Positions 1 through 8,463 of a stretch of DNA of 64,000 bases are shown here, piece after piece. Location of the stretch: sequence record SRR22947725_1144; one strand, written 5' to 3'. Under the pieces are notes generated by a model. The model was not told where the DNA came from and did no database searches. It saw only the letters and a program-made list of their open reading frames with translations. How positions within the stretch are numbered: the first letter of the stretch is position 1; every line of letters begins with the position of its first letter. A program made the position numbers and the translations under genes.

Positions 1-2
1 AT

Positions 3-287
3 GTCGCCCTGCTGGTCCCGGTGTGACCCATGTGTAACCAGACCGTGAGTCTGGCAGCAGCCGAATTGGAAAAACGAGGTATTGCAACAGTAACACTTCA
101 GTTCATGAAAGAGATTGCCCTTAAAGTGGGTCCCCCCCGAGCTCTGTGGGTCCCATTCCCTCACGGTTTTGCCTTGGGTAAGCCCGGAGACCATGCTGGG
201 CAAGAGAAAGTCTTGATGGCGGCCCTCTCCCTCCTGACCCGTAAAAATATCTCTCCTCGTCATTTGGAGCTGTACGAGACAAATTAA
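3..287 (+). CDS. Selenoprotein B family protein (glycine/betaine/sarcosine/D-proline reductase GrdB/PrdB-like), 5'-truncated by the window edge; Sec encoded by UGA at 24-26
   Basis: The frame of ORF 30..287 extends upstream as GTC GCC CTG CTG GTC CCG GTG TGA CCC ATG TGT = VALLVPV-U-PMC-NQTVSLAAAELEKRGIATV. This matches the U-x-x-C...E.GI.TV...PPRA.....P.G..LG pattern of the GrdB/PrdB family. A SECIS-like hairpin follows the UGA. Confidence 0.85.
38..54 (+). promoter_or_regulatory. Bacterial SECIS element (Sec insertion hairpin)
   Basis: CCAGAC-CGTGA-GTCTGG: a perfect 6-bp stem with a 5-nt loop that has G at loop position 2 followed by U. It starts exactly 11 nt after the UGA at 24-26, the geometry of the minimal E. 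coli fdhF SECIS. Confidence 0.75.
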
Positions 288-305
288 CGCAACTTTGCCT
301 GCTTT

Positions 306-1322
306 CTATGGAAGAAACTCAACATTCACACAATTTTTGGGGCTTTGCCCACTGAGGATACGCTTCAATTCCATTGCGGCTTTCGTCCTCATTTCAAGCA
401 GTCCGGCATCAGAATAAAAAGCGGTATGAGGAGTCACAATCAAATTGACAGGAGGCTGTGTGTCTTCTTGCCATAATTGAATGAGAGGCATATCGCTACG
501 GGCTGGCTCTTCGGGTAATACATCAATTCCAGCTCCGGCAATACTGCCCTCCCGCAATGCAACAGCGAGAGCATCCGCATCGACAACCGCACCACGCGCT
601 GTGTTGATGAGAATAGCTGTGGATTTCATTAGGTCCAACGCTTTTCCGTCGATCATTTGCCTGCTTTCCTCAGTCAAAGGAGTATGGACTGATACGACGT
701 CGCAGGTTCTGAGTAATTCCTCAAGTTCCACCAAAGGAACTCCCAAGAGCTTGTCCGTACCAGCTCGCACATATGGGTCATAGGCAACCACTTCCATCCT
801 CAATCCCTTGGCTCTAACTGCAGTCGCTCCACCAATGCGTCCAAGCCCAATAATACCCATTTTTGCGCCAGCCACACGGAAAACAGGCTGAATGGCTCTC
901 ATGTCCCACGGGTTTAATGAATGCCGTATTGCACGCTCTGCTTTGATCAGCCCGCGATTACAGGCTAACATCATGGCAATCGCATGGTCAGCAACTTCAT
1001 CCACGCCATAATCGGGCACATTGCAAACGTATATGCCCATCTCTCCTGCGGCTTTTCGATCGATGTTATCGAAGCCAACCCCACATCTAACAACCGCCCT
1101 GCAATGGTGCAGTTCCTGCAGGACCTCGCGCGTGATCGAGACTTCATGACAAAGGATCAACCCATCGGCATCTGTTAGTTTGCCAAACAAATCCTGTGTG
1201 CTTTTGGCCAGTAAACACTCTACCTCGGCTACACCTGCCAACACCTTGGATTCAATCTTGGCAGGTGGTTCCAGATAATCTGTTATGACAACACGTTTCA
1301 TGTGCACATGCTGCATGAGCAT
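306..1322 (-). CDS. D-isomer-specific 2-hydroxyacid dehydrogenase (CtBP/D-3-phosphoglycerate dehydrogenase-like)
   Basis: Motifs GVGFDNID, NVPDYG.DEVADHA, Rossmann GLGRIG, INTARG, DVL..EP and TPHTAFYS. The true start may be 1301 (MKRVVITD). Confidence 0.9.
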   Translation of the reverse strand: MLMQHVHMKRVVITDYLEPPAKIESKVLAGVAEVECLLAKSTQDLFGKLTDADGLILCHEVSITREVLQELHHCRAVVRCGVGFDNIDRKAAGEMGIYVCNVPDYGVDEVADHAIAMMLACNRGLIKAERAIRHSLNPWDMRAIQPVFRVAGAKMGIIGLGRIGGATAVRAKGLRMEVVAYDPYVRAGTDKLLGVPLVELEELLRTCDVVSVHTPLTEESRQMIDGKALDLMKSTAILINTARGAVVDADALAVALREGSIAGAGIDVLPEEPARSDMPLIQLWQEDTQPPVNLIVTPHTAFYSDAGLLEMRTKAAMELKRILSGQSPKNCVNVEFLP

Positions 1323-1663
1323 GCATAGTTTGACAATCAGCTATGATCCAGAACGCCAAAACTCGATTAAAAACAAATGAATTTGACTTGCATGTTCTGA
1401 TCAACTGCATGCCAGCCTTAAAATGGGCATCACGCAATTGTTGGTGATAAATGCACCAGAGAGGTCAGTTTTTTTGATGCACGACGTTATGTTTAAGGGA
1501 GCGATTATAGCGATTCAAACCCAACGTGATGATTTAGTCTATGCCTCGAAGGTTCTTTCTTGGATCCAAATCAACCTTTCTTCAAAAAATGAAATCCGAA
1601 TTTATTTTAAGGTTCAGGAAACTGAAAAAAGCATCCTTAAAGTAACAATGATTACAATATAAC

Positions 1664-1691
1664 TTGACCCCATAATCGGGACTTCTAGCAT
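1664..1691 (+). promoter_or_regulatory. Putative sigma70 promoter for carA
   Basis: TTGACC (1664-1669), 16-nt spacer, TAGCAT (1686-1691), 15 nt upstream of the carA start. Confidence 0.45.
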
Positions 1692-1706
1692 GGGCTTTTG
1701 TAATAA

Positions 1707-2876
1707 ATGATGATGGATGCTGTCTTAACTCTAGAGGATGGAACGATTTTTCGTGGAAAAGCGTTTGGCGCCAGGACTTCCCTTTGCGGCGAAGTCTGCT
1801 TCAACACTTCCATGACCGGATATCAGGAGATCCTGACAGATCCTTCCTACAAAGCGCAAATCGTCACCATGACCTGTCCCTTGATCGGAAATTACGGGGT
1901 GAACAAGGTCGACATAGAATCCTACAAACCTCATTTATCCGGCTTTGTCGTGAGAGAACTTTCGCCCATCGTGAGCAATTGGCGAGCGGACACGGATCTC
2001 GACACCTACCTTAAGGAGAATGGTATCCCGGGCATCGAAGGGATTGATACTCGTGCTTTGACAAAACGATTACGAGTAGAGGGCGCCATGAAAGGGTTCC
2101 TTTCAACAGAAGATATTTCCGATGCTGATGCAGTGGAGAAAGCCAAAAGCTGGCCTGGCCTTGTAGGTGTCGATTACGTCAAGGAAGTCACCCATCAAAA
2201 AGCTTTTGTCTGGGACGAAGATGATGAGCAAAGTGCTGATTTTCGTTTGGTCAATGACAACGAGAAGGGAGACCCTCGAACAGCCTCGCACCCACTGCCT
2301 GATGCCGACATCAATATTGTGGCTCTGGATTTCGGCATGAAATATAATATACTACGCCGGCTCCGCCAAAATGGATTCAAAACACACGTCCTTCCTGCAA
2401 ATACTTCAGCAGATACAATTAAATCTTTGAACCCTCAAGGCGTTTTCCTGTCAAATGGACCAGGAGATCCTTCAGCGGTGGGGTATGCTGTCAAAACCGC
2501 AAGGTCACTCATGGACCATGGCTATCCGATGTTTGGTATTTGCCTCGGCCATCAGATTCTGGGCCAGGCGATGGGGGGAACCACTTTTAAGATGAAATTC
2601 GGACATCGAGGCGGCAACCAACCCGTCAAGGACCTCGACACAGGATTGGTCGAAATCACATCGCAGAATCACGGATTCGCGCTGGATGCATCATCGATGG
2701 GATCCGATATCGAAGTGGATAGAATCAATTTGAATGATCAGACAGTCGAGGGGCTGAGGCACAAAACCAAGCCGATGTTCAGTGTGCAGTACCACCCGGA
2801 AGCCTCCCCCGGGCCGCACGATTCCTCGCCACTGTTCGCGAGGTTTCGAGAAACGATTGGAAGTAAAGGGAGCTGA
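1707..2876 (+). CDS. carA: Carbamoyl-phosphate synthase small (glutaminase) subunit
   Basis: Motifs LEDGT.F.G, FNTSMTGYQEILTDPSY, LSNGPGDP, catalytic GICLGHQ, SQNHGF and QYHPEASPGPHD. Confidence 0.97.
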   Translation: MMMDAVLTLEDGTIFRGKAFGARTSLCGEVCFNTSMTGYQEILTDPSYKAQIVTMTCPLIGNYGVNKVDIESYKPHLSGFVVRELSPIVSNWRADTDLDTYLKENGIPGIEGIDTRALTKRLRVEGAMKGFLSTEDISDADAVEKAKSWPGLVGVDYVKEVTHQKAFVWDEDDEQSADFRLVNDNEKGDPRTASHPLPDADINIVALDFGMKYNILRRLRQNGFKTHVLPANTSADTIKSLNPQGVFLSNGPGDPSAVGYAVKTARSLMDHGYPMFGICLGHQILGQAMGGTTFKMKFGHRGGNQPVKDLDTGLVEITSQNHGFALDASSMGSDIEVDRINLNDQTVEGLRHKTKPMFSVQYHPEASPGPHDSSPLFARFRETIGSKGS

Positions 2877-2956
2877 AGTATTTAATTAGATAACCCAGAA
2901 AACGGTTTGACTTGTGACTTATCCTCGGGATAATGACGATGTCAACCACACCGAAT

Positions 2957-3469
2957 ATGGCCAAACTTGTCGTTATAAGCGAAGGATTTACGGGGAAGAC
3001 AGTGGAATTGAAGGCGGACAAAGTCACGATTGGCCGCTCTGAGGATAACTCTTTTCAGATAGCTGAAAATTCGGTGTCGAGCCGCCACTGTGAACTCCAG
3101 CTCAAGGATGATATCGTCCACATCAAAGATTTGGGTTCCACAAATGGAACCTTCATTAATGATAAGAAAACCACCGGAGGCACACTTAAGCCTGGCCAGG
3201 TATTGAGACTCGGCTCCATTGAGTTGAGGTTCGCTGGGGATAACGGCGGAGATGCAAGCTCGGTCGCAGTAAAAACAGTGACTCTTCCTCAGGGAGGCGT
3301 CAAGTTGGATGACCTTGAAAAAGGATCTCAAGGAGTCAGCAAGGATGACAAAACCTTCACTAAGAAAAGCAACAAGGTGAACAAATTGTTCATTCTGGTT
3401 GGAGTCATCGCCACCATCATACTGATCGCGTCAGTGGCATTTGCAATGAGCAAGCTGAAGGGTCAGTAG
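2957..3469 (+). CDS. FHA domain protein with C-terminal transmembrane anchor
   Basis: FHA motifs IGR, VSSRH and DLGSTNGTF, plus a hydrophobic C-terminal helix. The ORF track starts at 2933, but a promoter TTGACT-16-GATAAT at 2907-2934 favours MAKLVV at 2957. Confidence 0.88.
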   Translation: MAKLVVISEGFTGKTVELKADKVTIGRSEDNSFQIAENSVSSRHCELQLKDDIVHIKDLGSTNGTFINDKKTTGGTLKPGQVLRLGSIELRFAGDNGGDASSVAVKTVTLPQGGVKLDDLEKGSQGVSKDDKTFTKKSNKVNKLFILVGVIATIILIASVAFAMSKLKGQ

Positions 3470-3485
3470 AATACCCCATTTTCAG

Positions 3486-3519
3486 AAAAAAGCCTCCCGG
3501 GTGAAAGGGAGGCTTTTTT
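3486..3519. terminator. Bidirectional intrinsic terminator
   Basis: AAAAAAGCCTCCC-GGGTGAAA-GGGAGGCTTTTTT between convergent genes. Confidence 0.85.
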
Positions 3520-3530
3520 ATTTGGAGGAC

Positions 3531-4856
3531 TTAATTCTGGTTCAAAACGATCGGTTGAACCCAAGCGCATTCCACTTCTCCTTCTTTATAAGGATTGATC
3601 ATGCTTTTGGTTGAAACCACTTTGGCTCGAACGTAAATTTCGTCTCCTTGGTAAGTGTAGGAAGGCGAAATACCATCTACTTTGGCCAGAACCGTTCCTA
3701 TGGAGTCACTGTAGCGATGTGTCACTCGAACGGGATCTCCGTTACCAGCCCGATAAGGTTCATGAGCTGGGTCAAAATCCTTGCGAGTTCCAATGAAGTA
3801 GGTTGTGTAGTGTTCATCGCTTATTTGTTCGATGGATAACTCGATCCCCTTGGCATCATGATTGATTTCATTGATAACTACACCCGATGAAGCATAAAAA
3901 TCGCCTACCTCCATCGCGCGGATCAAATGTTCCGGAGTCAGATATCTGGAGCGAACGACGACCCACCCCCGACCCGGATTACTCTTTCCGATGGCTTCAT
4001 CATGGTAATTGTGGGCATCATCAGTCGCTATTCCATACATGACGGGCAAATCGAGTACTCCGAGCCGCCAAGTCAAAACAATATCCCAAAAACGCTCCAT
4101 ACTTGCGTGCGTTCCATCCCCTTCGTTCCTGACTGAGGGGTGACCGTTGTACACTTCAAAGAATTTCTCCCCCTTCAGCTGCATGAACTCCTCAGCAGTG
4201 ACAGCCCATCCAAAATTTGGATGATTAAGGTGCGGCATCATGGGCTGCCCGGTGGCTTCACGTTGTGCAACAATGGCATCGATATTGTTCTGCATCACTT
4301 CCAGCACGGAATCCCCTCCTTGAGGCTTTAAAGTTTGCTGTGGATGGGTGACGTTGATGTGAATGGGAGCTGTTAAATATCGGTCCGTGACTTCTTCACT
4401 TTGAACAATGAGAAATCGGCCGGTTTCATCAAAAAGCGGCCGATATTCTGAGAGAGGTTTCAACCTGACCTGAAGCTTTCCCTCCTGGACGCGGGTGTCC
4501 ACCCAATCGGTCCCCCATTTGGCGACATACTTTTCATATGCGTCGGCTTTTCCGGCATTTGATGCCACACCGGACCAGCGTTCACCGATCTGGATGACAT
4601 TATGGTCGGAGAGAACGGCAAAATGATATCCCGTGGATTTATACCAATCCATGATCATCTCCGGATAATCATCACCATCACTCCACAAGGAATGCGTGTG
4701 AAGATTCCCCTTCCACCATCGAGGTTCCGGTTGAGCGGTGACGCGTATGGAAGCCTGAAATTGCGATACAATGAATACGAATAAAAGGAATCTTGAGTAA
4801 AGGCCCGAGCTCATGCTGTGGTTTATAATAAACCCCATGCAGACTTGCAAAGACAA
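3531..4856 (-). CDS. Secreted PHP-domain metallophosphoesterase (histidinol-phosphatase-like / CehA-McbA-related)
   Basis: Metal-binding motifs KGNLHTHS.WSDG, SDHN, NHPN, EVYNG and TDDAH; signal-peptide-like N-terminus. The true start may be 4814. Confidence 0.8.
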   Translation of the reverse strand: MSLQVCMGFIINHSMSSGLYSRFLLFVFIVSQFQASIRVTAQPEPRWWKGNLHTHSLWSDGDDYPEMIMDWYKSTGYHFAVLSDHNVIQIGERWSGVASNAGKADAYEKYVAKWGTDWVDTRVQEGKLQVRLKPLSEYRPLFDETGRFLIVQSEEVTDRYLTAPIHINVTHPQQTLKPQGGDSVLEVMQNNIDAIVAQREATGQPMMPHLNHPNFGWAVTAEEFMQLKGEKFFEVYNGHPSVRNEGDGTHASMERFWDIVLTWRLGVLDLPVMYGIATDDAHNYHDEAIGKSNPGRGWVVVRSRYLTPEHLIRAMEVGDFYASSGVVINEINHDAKGIELSIEQISDEHYTTYFIGTRKDFDPAHEPYRAGNGDPVRVTHRYSDSIGTVLAKVDGISPSYTYQGDEIYVRAKVVSTKSMINPYKEGEVECAWVQPIVLNQN

Positions 4857-4937
4857 TAGGGAGCATCCACTTCAAAAAATTTGGTGCATTTGGGAATGAA
4901 TAAGATATGCTGTAGATACCTCTAAAGGACAATAACA

Positions 4938-6005
4938 ATGACAAAAGCTAATATATTCTTCAAGAGCTGCATAGCAGTTTGGGCCCTGATGGGCATGCTT
5001 CAGACCTCACTGAACGCTTTCGCAGACGAAGCAGATGACCTCTGGAAAAAGGTTGAATCCTCAAGTCAGGTGAGGCCCTATCCTACTGAATGGCAAACCA
5101 AGCAACCTTCTCAGGAAGAGGTTACTGCGTTTCAGAAAGAAAACGGTAATATGGCCTTCGAGTCAGCAACGCTGGCGCGTGAGTTGATCACCAAATTCCC
5201 GGATCATCCGAAAGTGAGCGATGCTCAAGCATCCGAGAAGCAGATGCTCCGCGCGGCTTTGGAGTTCGGCCATGAAAAGGCAGCGGATAAATTGCTTAAG
5301 TTGAATCTACCGGACACTGAGCGCTTCCAAATCAAGAGCATCATCATGCAACAGAAAGCCATGGCCAAACAATCCGAAGGGCGCGAGGCTGTCCTTCTTG
5401 CCTTTGAAGAAGGAGTTCGGGAGCTGGAAAAAGAATTCCCAGCTAACGCCGAAATTCCGCAAATGCTGATGTATATCGCAGAAAATCTGGGAGGCACAAA
5501 AGGGAAGCAAATCGCAACCAAGCTGGCAGAAACTGCTTCTGATGAACAGATCAAGGCGGCGGCTCGCGGTCTTTTGGAGAAGCTCAGCCTTGCGGGCTCA
5601 AAGGTAGATATCAAGTTTACTGCTGTGGATGGTCGAGAAGTCGATATCCAGAAAATGAACGGTAAAGTGATTTTGATTGATTTCTGGGCAACCTGGTGCG
5701 GCCCTTGTGTCGCTGAATTACCCAACGTAAAAGCGGCCTACGATCGATTGCACTCAAAAGGATTTGAGATTGTAGGTATCAGCTTCGACAATACCAAAGG
5801 TAAGCTCACAAGCTTCGTGAAAAAGGAAGAAATGGCCTGGCCGCAGTATTTCGATGGACAAGGTTGGCAGAATGCTTTCGGCCAACGCTTTGGAATTCAG
5901 TCAATTCCCGCAATGTGGCTGATCAACAAGAAGGGCGAACTCGTCGATATGAATGCACGAGCCAATTTGGTGGAGAAAGTAGAAGCCTTGCTGGCTGAAA
6001 AATAA
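4938..6005 (+). CDS. TlpA/ResA-family thioredoxin-like disulfide reductase with N-terminal helical domain and signal peptide
   Basis: DFWATWCGPC active site, GISFD and IP cis-Pro motif; AFA signal cleavage; AGGA Shine-Dalgarno. Confidence 0.9.
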   Translation: MTKANIFFKSCIAVWALMGMLQTSLNAFADEADDLWKKVESSSQVRPYPTEWQTKQPSQEEVTAFQKENGNMAFESATLARELITKFPDHPKVSDAQASEKQMLRAALEFGHEKAADKLLKLNLPDTERFQIKSIIMQQKAMAKQSEGREAVLLAFEEGVRELEKEFPANAEIPQMLMYIAENLGGTKGKQIATKLAETASDEQIKAAARGLLEKLSLAGSKVDIKFTAVDGREVDIQKMNGKVILIDFWATWCGPCVAELPNVKAAYDRLHSKGFEIVGISFDNTKGKLTSFVKKEEMAWPQYFDGQGWQNAFGQRFGIQSIPAMWLINKKGELVDMNARANLVEKVEALLAEK

Positions 6006-6037
6006 CAATATCAATTCTCCTGTTTTGAATAAATCAC

Positions 6038-6067
6038 AAAAAGAGACGGTATCATGCCGTCTCTTTT
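6038..6067. terminator. Bidirectional intrinsic terminator
   Basis: AAAAAGAGACGG-TATCATG-CCGTCTCTTTTT between the convergent tlpA-like gene and surE. Confidence 0.85.
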
Positions 6068-6769
6068 TTATACCTTGATCAAAGAGGCGGTAATATCACC
6101 TCCAAAGCAGCAATCTGTATCACTCCCCTCACGGCGCAAACGATCTTGGTAGGACCCGCTGTAACTTGCCTCGGATTGATTCCCCTTGAACCCCACAGGC
6201 AAAGGTTCCTTGCAGGGCTCACAATATTTCACCATGGGCTCTGAGGCCCCATCTTCAAGATGTGGTAGATTCACATTCCAGAACTCACCTTTCTTGATGG
6301 GTTTGTCAGACACTTCGGAAATCATATGGCGCACCCGATCACTGGCAATGGACCAGTCAATGGGTAATCTGCGTTTGATGTAATGAGAAAAAGCCACCGA
6401 TTTCACACCCAGCAGAGTTGCCTCGCGTACTGCAGCAACTGTCCCAGAATAATAGATATCCACACCGAGATTACCTCCTTGATTGACTCCAGAAAACACC
6501 CAATCGAATGCCACACTTGGAAACAAATATTTCACAGCGACACGCACACAATCTGCAGGTGAACCGAATACCGCCCATTCCCTGTCGCGACGCTGCTCTA
6601 GCTTGAGCGGCCGTCTAGTCGTGATACGGTGTCCACATTCGGAGGCCTCTTCTCCAGGCGCCACAATCCAAACGTCCCCACCCACTGCATGCCGCAGACA
6701 TTTCAGACCTTCAGCATCAATTCCATCATCGTTGGTTAAAAGAATCTTCATTGGCTTTATCAAATTCAC
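6068..6769 (-). CDS. surE: 5'/3'-nucleotidase SurE
   Basis: Motifs ILLTNDDG, G.PADCV, SGVNQGGNLG.D..YSGTVAA and NVNLP. Likely start 6751. Confidence 0.93.
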   Translation of the reverse strand: MNLIKPMKILLTNDDGIDAEGLKCLRHAVGGDVWIVAPGEEASECGHRITTRRPLKLEQRRDREWAVFGSPADCVRVAVKYLFPSVAFDWVFSGVNQGGNLGVDIYYSGTVAAVREATLLGVKSVAFSHYIKRRLPIDWSIASDRVRHMISEVSDKPIKKGEFWNVNLPHLEDGASEPMVKYCEPCKEPLPVGFKGNQSEASYSGSYQDRLRREGSDTDCCFGGDITASLIKV

Positions 6770-6798
6770 TCATTAGGGTTCATTTATCTAAGGGCCTC

Positions 6799-7524
6799 AT
6801 GACAAAGGAAATCTCAAATCAAATGATCAAAGCGGCACGCAGCCTTTGCAAAAGTGTCGACCAAATGCAATTCCCTGCCCCGGTCGCATGGACCTACAAC
6901 CCGTTGGATTATGGGCGAACCGCTCATGAGGATTACCTTAAGCGCTATGCATCAAACCGCAAACGATACATTTTCCTGGGAATGAATCCCGGGCCCTTCG
7001 GCATGGTTCAAACAGGAGTGCCTTTTGGCGAGATCAGCTTTGTCAGAGATTGGCTGGGAATTTCAGAAATCAAAGAACAGCCCGAGCACACACATCCCAA
7101 ACGCCCGATTCAGGGGTTTGATTGTACCCGATCTGAAGTCAGCGGCAAAAGATTGTGGGGCTTGTTTCAAGAAAAGTTCGGAACCGCCCGCGCTTTCTCC
7201 CAAGAACATTTTGTCGCCAATTATTGTCCTCTGGCCTTTTTGGGAGAAACCGGACGCAATCTGACACCCGACAAACTTCCTTTGCAATTACGCAAGGAAC
7301 TTTACAGGCATTGCGCAGATCACCTTGAAAGAATACTGACCATTCTCCAACCAGAGAAAGTCATCGGTATCGGAAGATTCGCCTTTCAAAGAGCCTCAGA
7401 AATAGCAGATCCCATGGGAATCGAAACCATGGAGATACTGCATCCCAGTCCGGCAAGTCCGGCGGCTAATAAGGATTGGAAAGGTAAAGTAACCAACAAA
7501 TTGATTCTAGCCGACGTATGGTAA
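6799..7524 (+). CDS. SMUG1-type (family 3) single-strand-selective uracil-DNA glycosylase
   Basis: Motifs YNPLDY, GMNPGPFGMVQTGVPFG, RSEVSG.RLW, NYCPL and HPSP. The ORF track start of 6751 overlaps surE, so 6799 is more plausible. Confidence 0.9.
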   Translation: MTKEISNQMIKAARSLCKSVDQMQFPAPVAWTYNPLDYGRTAHEDYLKRYASNRKRYIFLGMNPGPFGMVQTGVPFGEISFVRDWLGISEIKEQPEHTHPKRPIQGFDCTRSEVSGKRLWGLFQEKFGTARAFSQEHFVANYCPLAFLGETGRNLTPDKLPLQLRKELYRHCADHLERILTILQPEKVIGIGRFAFQRASEIADPMGIETMEILHPSPASPAANKDWKGKVTNKLILADVW

Positions 7525-7530
7525 TGCCGT

Positions 7531-8382
7531 TCATTCGCTGGGGGCCACCAGCTCGAACTTGGTTGATTCACTTTTCATTTTGAAGCGGAACGTCTTAAAA
7601 AAAACTCGAACGTCAAAGAAAGCGGTAATTTCTTCGTCTACCCACAATTTGGGGTTCAACTGTTTCTGATCCAAGTCAATCTGAATATCTCTCAATAACC
7701 CTGCAAATCCTCCCAAAAAGGAAACAGGCTCATTGAGTTTCATTTCCAGACGGGCAACACGAAATTCTTCCTTATCAACCCATACTCTGGCTTGTATCTG
7801 ATTCATCAAGCGATCCACAAACATGTTTTCCAGCTTGTGCCTCTTGTTGGGTTTCAATTCAATCAGATAGGTCATTCGGTTTTTAAGCTTCTCTTCCCCC
7901 TTCAAGCTTGCCAAAAACTTGTCACGAAAAAGATCCATGTTTTTAGCCATCAGATCGTCGTTATTTTTATCTGATTGCTTGCTACTTTGACGATGAAGGA
8001 ATTTTTGTTGACGTTCCAAGTTGTGTGCCCGGTCCTTGGCTCGATCCCGGGCTGTTGATGGCTTACCGTCGATTGCCAGCAGTTGTTGATCCCGTCCATC
8101 GGTGTAAGCACGGTATAATTTCTGGGTTTTTTCCCGAATGCTACCGTCTTTTTTCAAATCATAAATATTCGCTTCTCTCAAGTATTTGAAATGTTGTCCC
8201 TCAACAGGAAGGCTATTCTTGGCGGCCTTGACTTTTTCAAGGATTTCGTCAGCGGAAAGGGAAGAAATCTGATCCGTGCGCTCAATCACCCCTGCTCTTG
8301 CCTCATCCTGCGGCATAAAGGCAAAGAACACACTGAACACTTGTAAAAAAATACGAACAAATTTCATCGACTCAAAGTACAA
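7531..8382 (-). CDS. Secreted hypothetical protein (LolA/LppX-like open beta-sheet fold plausible)
   Basis: 283 aa ORF with a signal-peptide-like N-terminus and a GEE.....TYLIEL.P...VWVDKE pattern. Confidence 0.6.
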   Translation of the reverse strand: MYFESMKFVRIFLQVFSVFFAFMPQDEARAGVIERTDQISSLSADEILEKVKAAKNSLPVEGQHFKYLREANIYDLKKDGSIREKTQKLYRAYTDGRDQQLLAIDGKPSTARDRAKDRAHNLERQQKFLHRQSSKQSDKNNDDLMAKNMDLFRDKFLASLKGEEKLKNRMTYLIELKPNKRHKLENMFVDRLMNQIQARVWVDKEEFRVARLEMKLNEPVSFLGGFAGLLRDIQIDLDQKQLNPKLWVDEEITAFFDVRVFFKTFRFKMKSESTKFELVAPSE

Positions 8383-8463
8383 CTACAAAGAGAAGATTAC
8401 TAATCCAAATACTGGTAGGCTGCAATCGACATTTTAAGTTTGTAACTGTAGGGTCGTCTTACC

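Noticed and set aside
30-287. ORF-track 85 aa protein as an independent gene starting at ATG 30
   Set aside because: Family-like sequence continues upstream through the UGA and a SECIS follows, so it is better explained as the C-terminal part of a selenoprotein.
1423-1662. 79 aa ORF between the dehydrogenase and carA
   Set aside because: No recognisable motif or RBS; it lies in an AT-rich divergent promoter region.
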